Positions 26,146 to 34,095 of a stretch of 64,000 nucleotides of DNA are shown piece after piece. The position numbers and the translations under genes are program-made. The stretch lies in assembly GCA_963762655.1 (NCBI GenBank), contig CAVXLU010000005.1:2062760-2126759 (forward strand), read 5' to 3'. The first letter of the stretch is position 1, and every line of letters starts with the position of its first letter. The notes under the pieces were generated by a model. That model saw nothing but the letters and a program-made list of their open reading frames with translations. It was not told the origin of the DNA and did not search any database. This stretch comes from an uncultured Chitinophagaceae bacterium. Lineage in GTDB: Bacteria; Bacteroidota; Bacteroidia; Chitinophagales; Chitinophagaceae.

Positions 26146-27228
26146 ATGAACAGCAGGCGGATCATTATCGACGGACACCTTGACCTGGCCATGAATGCGC
26201 TGGAATGGAACCGGGACCTGAAAACATCTGTTTCGGTTATCCGAAGACGTGAGAAAGGAATGACTGACAAGATCGATCGCGCACATGGCATGGTGTCGCT
26301 GCCCGAACTAAGGAAAGAGAGAGCAGCAGTAGTTGTGGCCACACAGATCGCAAGATATGTGGATGAAGATGCCAGACAGGCGGGCTGGAATTCCCCGGAA
26401 CAAGCCTGGGCGCAAACGCAGGGCCAGTTGGCATGGTATCAGGCAATGGTTTCGGAAGGTGAAATGACACAGATCACCGATCTCCAGGAATTAGAGGCGC
26501 ATCTGACAAACTGGAGTGCCGACGAAGTGGATGAGGAAAAACCTGTTGGCTTCATACTCAGCCTCGAGGGAGCCGACTCCCTGGTCAATCTGTCCTACCT
26601 TGAACGTGCCTATGAATATGGATTGCGTGCGCTGGGTCCGGCTCATTACGGTCCGGGCAGGTATGCGCCGGGAACAAACATGGAAGGCCCGCTTACCGCC
26701 ATTGGCGTTGACCTGCTTAAAGAAATGGACAGGCTTGGGATGATACTGGACGTGACCCACCTTACGGATGAAGGTTTTACACAGGCGATGAACCTGTACA
26801 AAGGTGCAGTGTGGGCAAGTCATCATAACTGCCGGGCGCTGGTGCCTCATCAACGGCAACTGACGGATGAACAGATCAGGCAACTGATCGAAAGGAATGC
26901 GGTCATAGGCGGTGTTCTTGACACCTGGATGCTTAAAAAAGGATGGGAAAAGGGCAAATCCGATCCAAAACGAGAAGGGATTTCACTCAATACACTCATC
27001 GATCATTATGATCATATCTGCCAGATCGCGGGCAACAGCCAGCATGTGGCCATAGGCAGCGATCTTGACGGTTGTTTTGGTACCGAACAGTCGCCCGGCG
27101 ATATGGATACCATCGCCGACTTGCAATCGCTTTCCGGCTTGTTATCAAATCGGGGTTACACGGAAATAGATATCGACAATATTTTTTCCAACAACTGGCT
27201 GAGGTTCCTGCGCAAGGCATGGAAATAA
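26146..27228 (+). CDS. membrane (renal-type) dipeptidase, peptidase family M19
   Basis: 360 aa with the N-terminal DGHLDLAMNA motif and the HH/D metal ligand pattern (DVTHL, ASHHNCR, IGSDLDG). It starts 1 nt after the upstream stop. Confidence 0.85.
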   Translation: MNSRRIIIDGHLDLAMNALEWNRDLKTSVSVIRRREKGMTDKIDRAHGMVSLPELRKERAAVVVATQIARYVDEDARQAGWNSPEQAWAQTQGQLAWYQAMVSEGEMTQITDLQELEAHLTNWSADEVDEEKPVGFILSLEGADSLVNLSYLERAYEYGLRALGPAHYGPGRYAPGTNMEGPLTAIGVDLLKEMDRLGMILDVTHLTDEGFTQAMNLYKGAVWASHHNCRALVPHQRQLTDEQIRQLIERNAVIGGVLDTWMLKKGWEKGKSDPKREGISLNTLIDHYDHICQIAGNSQHVAIGSDLDGCFGTEQSPGDMDTIADLQSLSGLLSNRGYTEIDIDNIFSNNWLRFLRKAWK

Positions 27229-27234
27229 TCCCAA

Positions 27235-28506
27235 TTATTTTTTCAGACGCGTTGTCCTGAGAGACAAGGGTGGAAGTTCCGGTAGCTTGCTGGAGGGTTT
27301 GTCGAGGTAGAAATAGCAAGTAGCCGACACGTCATCCGAACGATAAAAATTTACGTACCCGTCCGGTATAGCGGGGTCGTCAAGTTGCACCACACTGTCT
27401 TTTCCCTTGTATAACTGGTGGATCTTTTTGAGATCATCTACAGAAACCGGTAACACGGGTGCGCCCGCATTTTGAAGAGCGCCGATGATTTCTTTTTTAT
27501 TGCTGCCCATTTGTTGAATAGTGACCCTTATGTCTTTTTTGAAATACACCGGATCCGGCACATGATACCTGTAGAAAGCCCACTCATGCGTGTCAGGGTT
27601 ACCCAGCAGGCAGCCAGCATAGTCGTTATAGAATTCACCCTGCGACCAGGCCGTGCCGATATAGTCTTCAGTCCCAGTGCCAACAAGACTGGGATAAGTC
27701 TTGTCTGCGTCGAGATAAACCTTCACTTCCCCCTCCCCCCACCAGTTTTCTTTGTAGACTGGGTTGGCATTCACGCCCATGTTCATTCCAAGGTACCTGC
27801 CCCTGCCTGCGACGGCCGGCAGGATCTCAAAATCTTCTGCGAGGGTCGTTGCCGTGTCGCGGTTCCAGAACGTATGGAAGTAGAGATAGTCTTTCTTCCA
27901 TGTCGAGAGCTGCTGGAAATTGATGTCGAAGAATATATGACTTAGTCTTTTTGAGGATTCATTGGTCACCTGGATTTTTGCCCCCTTCCGGTAGGGCATC
28001 TGGAGGTATGAGATAAATGATCTTCCCTCCGGATTGCTAAAGAGAGAATTGTTGTACTTCGCGGTCTTACCGAGTCCCATTCCGAAGAAATCGCCCAGGG
28101 GCACGGATACTGCTGGTTTTTTTTCTCCATCCCAGAACATCTCCAGTTTCACCGATCTCAACATTTGCGGAGAACGGTCGCTGATAGTAAGCCATATCCT
28201 GTTGACGATGCCAGCTCCTGTGACATTCAATAATACCTTCGTTTCCCCGGGTTCGATTCCTTCTGCCGGATGACCCTTCGCTCCCCTGTTTTCCGTTCCT
28301 CCTTTTCCCTTTGCTGCGCGGATGTTCTCGAAGCTGCTCCATTTTGTGGTGCTGCTGCTGTCAAATTCGAAAATTGGTTTCTGTGCTGCCGCATGATGCC
28401 CGGCAAAGCAGGCGACGAGAAATATGAGGAATGAAAAGCTACAACTCAAGAATTGATCTACCCTCAACTTGTGTGCGTTCCGCAATCTTACATTCATTGT
28501 GAACAT
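27235..28506 (-). CDS. DUF2961 / GH172 family protein
   Basis: 423 aa with a signal/TM N-terminus and the characteristic WWGEGEVKVYLD...GTGTEDYIG segment of DUF2961. Confidence 0.8.
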   Translation of the reverse strand: MFTMNVRLRNAHKLRVDQFLSCSFSFLIFLVACFAGHHAAAQKPIFEFDSSSTTKWSSFENIRAAKGKGGTENRGAKGHPAEGIEPGETKVLLNVTGAGIVNRIWLTISDRSPQMLRSVKLEMFWDGEKKPAVSVPLGDFFGMGLGKTAKYNNSLFSNPEGRSFISYLQMPYRKGAKIQVTNESSKRLSHIFFDINFQQLSTWKKDYLYFHTFWNRDTATTLAEDFEILPAVAGRGRYLGMNMGVNANPVYKENWWGEGEVKVYLDADKTYPSLVGTGTEDYIGTAWSQGEFYNDYAGCLLGNPDTHEWAFYRYHVPDPVYFKKDIRVTIQQMGSNKKEIIGALQNAGAPVLPVSVDDLKKIHQLYKGKDSVVQLDDPAIPDGYVNFYRSDDVSATCYFYLDKPSSKLPELPPLSLRTTRLKK

Positions 28507-29171
28507 TAATTTTTTTTCACAGACTTAATCAACTCGATAGCCTTGCTTGCGTTTTCACCGATCTGTGTAAAGTCTTTTGCTTCCATCAAAGCCGGGCTGA
28601 TCAGTTTGCTGCCGAGTCCGACAGCAAAGGCACCCACCCCAAACCACCCTGAAAGATTTTCTTCGGTAAGGTCAACACCACCCGAAGGCATTAGTCGCTG
28701 GCCCGGGAAGATATCCTTCAGCGCACCGAAATATGAGGGCCCAACGAGGTTGGCCGGGAATATCTTGATCAGCTTCGCATCAAGCTGATGTGCTGCGTTG
28801 ATCTCCGTTGGCGTCATACATCCCGGCACCCACAGCAGCCCCGCGGCATGAGTGAGTTTTCCAACGCCTTCATCAACTACGGGGCAAACGATGAAGTCGG
28901 CCTTCGCCTCAATGAAACTCTTCGCTTCTTTGGTGTTTTTTATCGTGCCAATGCCGATGAGCAATTGAGGCATATCACTGTTCACTGCCGACCTCAGGGC
29001 TTTGAAGTTTTCTAAAGCCGCAGGGCCACGATTGGTGAATTCAATGGCCCTTACGCCTGCCGCATAAAGCGCGCGCACCAATTCAATACAGGTCACCGCG
29101 TCGTGGTGGTAAAAAAGCGGAAGAAATTTTTGGCCTCCGATAACATCCAATACTAAACTGTGTTTTCCCAT
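28506..29171 (-). CDS. eda: KDPG / 4-hydroxy-2-oxoglutarate aldolase
   Basis: 221 aa of class I aldolase pattern (AIEFTNR, GIGTI, KIFPA). The stop overlaps the start of the downstream gene by 1 nt. Confidence 0.8.
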   Translation of the reverse strand: MGKHSLVLDVIGGQKFLPLFYHHDAVTCIELVRALYAAGVRAIEFTNRGPAALENFKALRSAVNSDMPQLLIGIGTIKNTKEAKSFIEAKADFIVCPVVDEGVGKLTHAAGLLWVPGCMTPTEINAAHQLDAKLIKIFPANLVGPSYFGALKDIFPGQRLMPSGGVDLTEENLSGWFGVGAFAVGLGSKLISPALMEAKDFTQIGENASKAIELIKSVKKN

Positions 29172-29200
29172 TTCTCAATTTGAAATTTGTAATCGCGAAA

Positions 29201-29410
29201 TTATTTGGTCTCCTGCCGCTTTCTTTTTTCCGAAACCTGTTCACCATCGAAACCCCAGTTGTCGGTATCAACCTCTGTGATCACCACGTGTGTTGACTTC
29301 GGATTCTTGTTTAGCACGTCGGCAAGCAATTTGGTTACCCCGGCAATTAGCAATTGTTTCTGTTCTTTGGTAACACCCTCATTGGTGATCTGGATATTTA
29401 CGTATGGCAT
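29201..29410 (-). CDS. 4-oxalocrotonate tautomerase family protein
   Basis: 69 aa. MPYVNIQITNEGVTKEQKQLLIAGVTKLLADVL carries the Pro-1 tautomerase signature. Confidence 0.8.
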   Translation of the reverse strand: MPYVNIQITNEGVTKEQKQLLIAGVTKLLADVLNKNPKSTHVVITEVDTDNWGFDGEQVSEKRKRQETK

Positions 29411-29452
29411 CGTTAAATCAAAAATTAAAAATTAAAAATCGAGCTCTCTTAT

Positions 29453-31864
29453 TTAGATCATCCTCCCCATGAATGGATCGGTCTTGCTGTGTTTGCCTGT
29501 TTCAATACGTCCTGCATATCTCTTGCGGAACAGCGCGTTGCCTTTTGAGCTGATTGTGAAATCATACCACCCAAAGCTGTCACCGAGGCTCATTACCAGT
29601 GTCTGTGATGCTCGTTGCCCACCCGCGGGATCCAGGACTATATTTCTGTTGGAGGTTTTGTAAGCATTGTCTTTCAGTTCGAGCACCTGTGAATTGTTTT
29701 CGCGGTTCACCACCTGGACCATCAGGTTGCCGGTCATCAATTCTGGTCGAAGCGAGCTTCGTTCATATACGCAAAGCATATCAATAGCAGGGTCGTCCTT
29801 GGTACCGGTGAATTCCCTGAAGAAACCATTAGGTCCATAGATGGCAAGATGATAGATGTTGTTGGCAAAGTCTCCCAGCTGCCAGCTGGCTGTAATGTCC
29901 TGTCCCGCTTCCACAGCATAGGCCCAGGTCTTCACATTTTCGCCCCGGAAAACTCCCGGCGCATACACATTGAATGGCGAACCTGCTGAGGAGTTGGCAA
30001 AGATCTTGTTGCCAGATTTCATGCTGATCTCATAATTTTTCTTATCCATGGATAGTCTGCCATCGGCATACAATTCATAGGGAAGCGCCGATGAATTCCT
30101 GATACCCCTTTCCTGCTTGGGCAGGAAAGAAGCTTTGTGAGGATTCTTACGCGCGAGTTCCTTTTCCGCTTCTGAAAGTGACTTGTAATTCGTGGGCACG
30201 CCTTTGAACTGGGCCTTGTGTATGCTCTCGATAAAACTGTTCCTTTCCAGAGACTTTGGGAGTTTGATCGCTTCGCCATTGTAGGGCCGGAAAACCGATG
30301 TGAGATTACCGCAGATCGAACGCCTCCAGGTGCTGATATTCGACTCTTCAATTTTCTTTCCTGTTTTTTTTGACAGGAATTTTTCCAGAAACATAAGGGA
30401 TGAGGTATGATCGAACACCTGGGAATTCACCCAGCCCCCGCGACTCCAGGGCGAAGCAATCACCATCGGCACCCGGTACCCCAATCCAATTGAACTTTGA
30501 CGGACCTTGTCTTTGATCGACTGTTGTTCCGCCCCCGCTACGTAGTCGACTTCGGTATTAATGCCCTTAGAGGTAAAACCGGTTTCTTTCCTGGAAGGGT
30601 CAGGAGCAACAAAGGGTGGAACATGATCAAAATATCCATCATTCTCATCATAAGTCAGCACGAAAACTGTCTTCTTCCAAATTTCAGGATTCTGTGTCAG
30701 GATGTCCATCACTTCGCTGATATACCATGCTCCATACCAGGCCGAAGTGGGATGATCAGAAAAATTCGCAGGAGCAACCAGCCAGGATACCGTAGGCAGC
30801 ACGCCGTTTTTCACGTCTTCGCGGAACTGGTAGAGTAAATCACCTTTTGGGATCTTTACTTCCCTTTCGGTGCCATTCTCTGAATAGGTAAGCCCGCTCA
30901 ATTCATGATAAGCTGGATCCCTCCTGTTATTTACAAAAGCCTTGGCATGAAGGTTTTTCTCCCTTGGACTTAACTTCGCATATTGCTCATTGTTATAGAG
31001 TTTCTTCTGGGCCTCGTCTTTTATCGCGGCCATATGTTCTTTTGACAGTCGCACATTGTACTGGGTAAAGAACTCGAGGGGATTGTCAGTGAAGTTCGCC
31101 AGCCAGTTGGCTTCCTCCTCACTCAGGCCTGTGTTTACACTGAGTTCGTTTTGGTAAACCTTCCACGGAATGCCATTTTCCTCCAGGCGCTCGGGAAATG
31201 TTTTCCAGCTAACCGGAGTATCGTAGTCCGCGTCGTTGTTCCAGACCCTGGCCATCACAGAGGGATCCGGCTTTTCGCGGATAGTGCCCGACCAGAAGTA
31301 GAGCCTGTTTGGCGTAGTGCCGGTGAGGGAGGAAGAAAAATGCTGGTCGCAAACGGTGAATGCATCGGCCAGAGAATAATAAAACGGGATGTCTTCGCGA
31401 TTGTGATAGCCGAGTGTCAGTGGCATGTTTTTGTATTCGTCATGGCCCGAGGCCTTGCTGTCGAGCCATTTGTTATGCTTCCCTTCATTCCTTGCATCGA
31501 CCTGGTCGGCCCAGCCATGAGGAAGAGAATTCATCCAGGTTGCCTTCGTATTTTTTATATCGAGTCGAAAGGGTGCAAATGTTTCCCCTTTGCTATTGGT
31601 CTGCAACCACACCGGATTCTGATCGGGTAAACTGATGGCGCGCGGATCGTTGAAACCTCTTACACCCTGCAGTGTTCCGAAGGTGTGATCAAAGGATCTG
31701 TTCTCCTGCATCAGGAATACAACATGTTCTGCATCCAAAAAAGTTGTTCCCGCAGCGGGATCGATGGCAAGGGCCCTTGCTATGGACGGGGACAACATAT
31801 TAAATAATCCGGCGCCACCTGAAAGCATGGTCGCTTTTTTCATAAACTCTCTTCTCGTATCCAT
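29453..31864 (-). CDS. phosphocholine-specific (non-haemolytic) phospholipase C with Tat signal
   Basis: ORF 29453..31906. The start at 31864 gives MDTRREFMKKATMLSGGAG. A phosphoesterase domain (MQENRSFDHTFG) is followed by a C-terminal DUF756-like repeat region. Confidence 0.9.
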   Translation of the reverse strand: MDTRREFMKKATMLSGGAGLFNMLSPSIARALAIDPAAGTTFLDAEHVVFLMQENRSFDHTFGTLQGVRGFNDPRAISLPDQNPVWLQTNSKGETFAPFRLDIKNTKATWMNSLPHGWADQVDARNEGKHNKWLDSKASGHDEYKNMPLTLGYHNREDIPFYYSLADAFTVCDQHFSSSLTGTTPNRLYFWSGTIREKPDPSVMARVWNNDADYDTPVSWKTFPERLEENGIPWKVYQNELSVNTGLSEEEANWLANFTDNPLEFFTQYNVRLSKEHMAAIKDEAQKKLYNNEQYAKLSPREKNLHAKAFVNNRRDPAYHELSGLTYSENGTEREVKIPKGDLLYQFREDVKNGVLPTVSWLVAPANFSDHPTSAWYGAWYISEVMDILTQNPEIWKKTVFVLTYDENDGYFDHVPPFVAPDPSRKETGFTSKGINTEVDYVAGAEQQSIKDKVRQSSIGLGYRVPMVIASPWSRGGWVNSQVFDHTSSLMFLEKFLSKKTGKKIEESNISTWRRSICGNLTSVFRPYNGEAIKLPKSLERNSFIESIHKAQFKGVPTNYKSLSEAEKELARKNPHKASFLPKQERGIRNSSALPYELYADGRLSMDKKNYEISMKSGNKIFANSSAGSPFNVYAPGVFRGENVKTWAYAVEAGQDITASWQLGDFANNIYHLAIYGPNGFFREFTGTKDDPAIDMLCVYERSSLRPELMTGNLMVQVVNRENNSQVLELKDNAYKTSNRNIVLDPAGGQRASQTLVMSLGDSFGWYDFTISSKGNALFRKRYAGRIETGKHSKTDPFMGRMI

Positions 31865-32023
31865 AACTATAAACCCGTGAAATGATGGGGTGGTAAAAAT
31901 ATACACTAAACTGCTATATTTATTTAAGCATTTGAAATGTTAATTACTAAATTGTCCCAGTCATCGCTAAGGGTTCCAATGACAACGGTGAGGCCCCCCA
32001 CGGAGCTGGCCATAGACCGTAAG

Positions 32024-32130
32024 TCAGTGCGCTTCGCCCGCCACAGACGCTACGCAGCTGGGGCGCGGGGAAACAGAGCGGAGAGCGATGCGACGAATCA
32101 GTGCGCTTCGCCCGCCATAGCTGCTACGCA
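32024..32130. repeat. two 33-nt direct repeats (30/33 identical) 74 nt apart in a GC-rich island
   Basis: TCAGTGCGCTTCGCCCGCCACAGACGCTACGCA lies at 32024-32056 and TCAGTGCGCTTCGCCCGCCATAGCTGCTACGCA at 32098-32130. Confidence 0.85.
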
Positions 32131-32219
32131 ACGAAGGCGAGCGTGAGGAATGGTGCAAATACCTTTGAGTTCCTTTTCGTGGTTTGAATAGAAAATAATA
32201 AATCTGATTATCTTTCGGT

Positions 32220-33389
32220 ATGCCACCAACCACCCGGATCAGGTCAATCGACTTTCTTCGTGGACTTGTGATGATCATCATGGCCCTTGATCACACCAGG
32301 GATTTATTTCATGTGTCAGCAATTACAATAGATCCCCTGGATCTGACAGCAACAACTCCATTTTTATTTTTTACCCGCTGGATCACCCACTTCTGCGCGC
32401 CCGTTTTTGTTTTTCTGAGCGGCACCTCCGCCTTTCTCCAATCGCTCCGGAAATCCTCCGGGCAGTTGAGGTGGTTCCTCTTTACACGCGGCCTGTGGCT
32501 GATTGTAGCAGAGCTAGTGATCGTCACGCTGGGGATCAGTTTCGACATCTACTATCATATGCTGATCTTCCAGGTGATCTGGGCCATAGGCATCAGCATG
32601 GTTTTACTTTCACTGATCATACGCCTGCCTTTTCCTGTTGTGCTCGCGCTGGGGTTGGTTATAGTTTGCGGCCACAACCTCCTCGACTTCCTTGAAGTTC
32701 CGGCGCAGACTGCACCTCTCTGGCTTCAGGGGGTGCACCAACAGGCTTTTATCCCAGTCACCAGTAAACTCACGCTGCTCATCTTTTACCCGTTTCTTCC
32801 CTGGGTGGGCATAATGATACTTGGATATTGTTTTGGAAAGGTGTACACCCTGGAACCGCATGATAGAAAAAAAATCATTCTGCGAATGGGCCTGGGTTGC
32901 ATTGCAGCCTTTGTTCTGCTCAGGATGCTGAACAGTTATGGAGATTCCCGGCACTGGTCGGTCCAGCCTTCATTGCTTTATTCCGTAATGAGTTTTGTAA
33001 ATACCCAGAAATATCCCCCTTCCCTTTTATATTTCCTGATGACCATCGGTCCTGGATTAATCGTCCTTGCGTGGTCTGAAAAACTGCGTAACCGTTTTAG
33101 CTCATTTGCGATGGTTTATGGAAACGTTCCATTTTTTTATTACATAGCCCATTTTTACCTGATACACCTGGTTTCGGCAATCCTCTTCCTGCTGAGGGGC
33201 CATTCTGTGCAGCGCGGCATGGAGGGCACACCAAACCTGCCTTTCAAATTTCTTATTCCGGGGGAAGGATATTCGCTGGGCATAGTTTACCTGGTATGGA
33301 TACTGATCGTTCTATTTCTGTATCCGTTTTGCCGGGCCTACGGTCAATACAAGCGTAATCATCACTACGCTTGGCTGAGCTATCTTTGA
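32220..33389 (+). CDS. DUF1624 (heparan-alpha-glucosaminide N-acetyltransferase-like) membrane protein
   Basis: 389 aa, polytopic. The N-terminal IRSIDFLRGLVMIIMALDHTRD is typical of DUF1624. Confidence 0.8.
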   Translation: MPPTTRIRSIDFLRGLVMIIMALDHTRDLFHVSAITIDPLDLTATTPFLFFTRWITHFCAPVFVFLSGTSAFLQSLRKSSGQLRWFLFTRGLWLIVAELVIVTLGISFDIYYHMLIFQVIWAIGISMVLLSLIIRLPFPVVLALGLVIVCGHNLLDFLEVPAQTAPLWLQGVHQQAFIPVTSKLTLLIFYPFLPWVGIMILGYCFGKVYTLEPHDRKKIILRMGLGCIAAFVLLRMLNSYGDSRHWSVQPSLLYSVMSFVNTQKYPPSLLYFLMTIGPGLIVLAWSEKLRNRFSSFAMVYGNVPFFYYIAHFYLIHLVSAILFLLRGHSVQRGMEGTPNLPFKFLIPGEGYSLGIVYLVWILIVLFLYPFCRAYGQYKRNHHYAWLSYL

Positions 33390-34065
33390 TTGCTGATGAC
33401 GCGTATCATAATTACCGGAGCTTCAGGGCTGGTAGGGTCCGAAACCCTGCGAAGGGCGCTGGACCATGGGCAAGTGACAGCAGTGACTGCATTGGTTCGC
33501 CGACCCCTGCAGATTTCGCATCCCAAACTAAAAATTGTCATCCACAAGGATTTTCTGAATTATGATCTGCTGGGTGATCTCTTCGCTAATCATGACGCCT
33601 GCATCTGGTGCCTCGGCATATCACAGTCAAGAGTAAGCGCTTCCGAATATTTTATTATCACTCATGACTATGCTCTCGCAGCCGCGACCGCGGCCTTCCA
33701 TTTTAACCCCCGAATGGTATTCAGTTTTGTCAGCGCGATGGGCGCCGATCCGGCTGGTCGGTTCCCACTGAGGTTTGCAAGAGTCGAAAGGGCAGACCGA
33801 GTGCGCACTGGAAAGTGTAGGACTATATCAACTTAATATTTTCAGGCCCGGTGCCGTTCTTCACAATCCCGGTCAACAACAGCCGGGGTGGTATAAATAT
33901 GCCGAGAGACTGATGATGCGTTCCTTTTCACTGGTGTTTCCGTCTCTTTCTATCGGTGTTGCCGACCTTGCCAGGATTATTCTGGATATCACCATTGCCG
34001 GAAGACCAGGCAGGATATATCACCAGTCGGAACTCAGTACACTGAGCAAGACAACTGAAACCTGA
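33390..34065 (+). pseudogene. NAD(P)H-binding (atypical SDR, YbjT/HTATIP2-like) protein interrupted by a +1 frameshift
   Basis: Frame A gives MTRIIITGASGLVGSETLRRAL...FVSAMGADPAGRFPLRFARV up to 33785. Frame B from 33787 gives KGQTECALESVGLYQLNIFRPGAVL.... Removing one base (G at 33786) restores the expected ARVKGxTE...FRPG arrangement. Confidence 0.75.
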
Positions 34066-34095
34066 CATTTGTTAAACTTTACCCGATCAATTTTT

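Noticed and set aside
28249-28260. tRNA-like T-loop string GGGTTCGATTCC.
   Set aside because: The flanking bases cannot form a T-stem or acceptor stem (CCGGG...CCTTC), and the string lies inside the DUF2961 coding sequence. I saw no convincing tRNA, rRNA, tmRNA, RNase P or SRP RNA signatures anywhere in the window.
29419-29439. AAAAATT x3 tandem heptamer between the PLC stop and the tautomerase start.
   Set aside because: It is a very short AT-rich repeat in a promoter-proximal spacer. The 7-nt phasing is not helical, and nothing distinguishes it from ordinary AT-rich upstream DNA.
32024-32130. Possible CRISPR array (direct repeats), considered also for the hexamer repeats at 7807-7985.
   Set aside because: There are only two 33-nt copies, they are imperfect, and no cas genes are in the window. 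The 7.8-kb repeats are microsatellite-like (AACAGG)n within an inverted repeat, not repeat-spacer units.
31937-32146. 69-aa Arg/Ala-rich plus-strand ORF in the plc-DUF1624 intergenic region.
   Set aside because: It is the translation of the GC-rich repeat island. The amino-acid repeats mirror the DNA repeats, and there is no start context.
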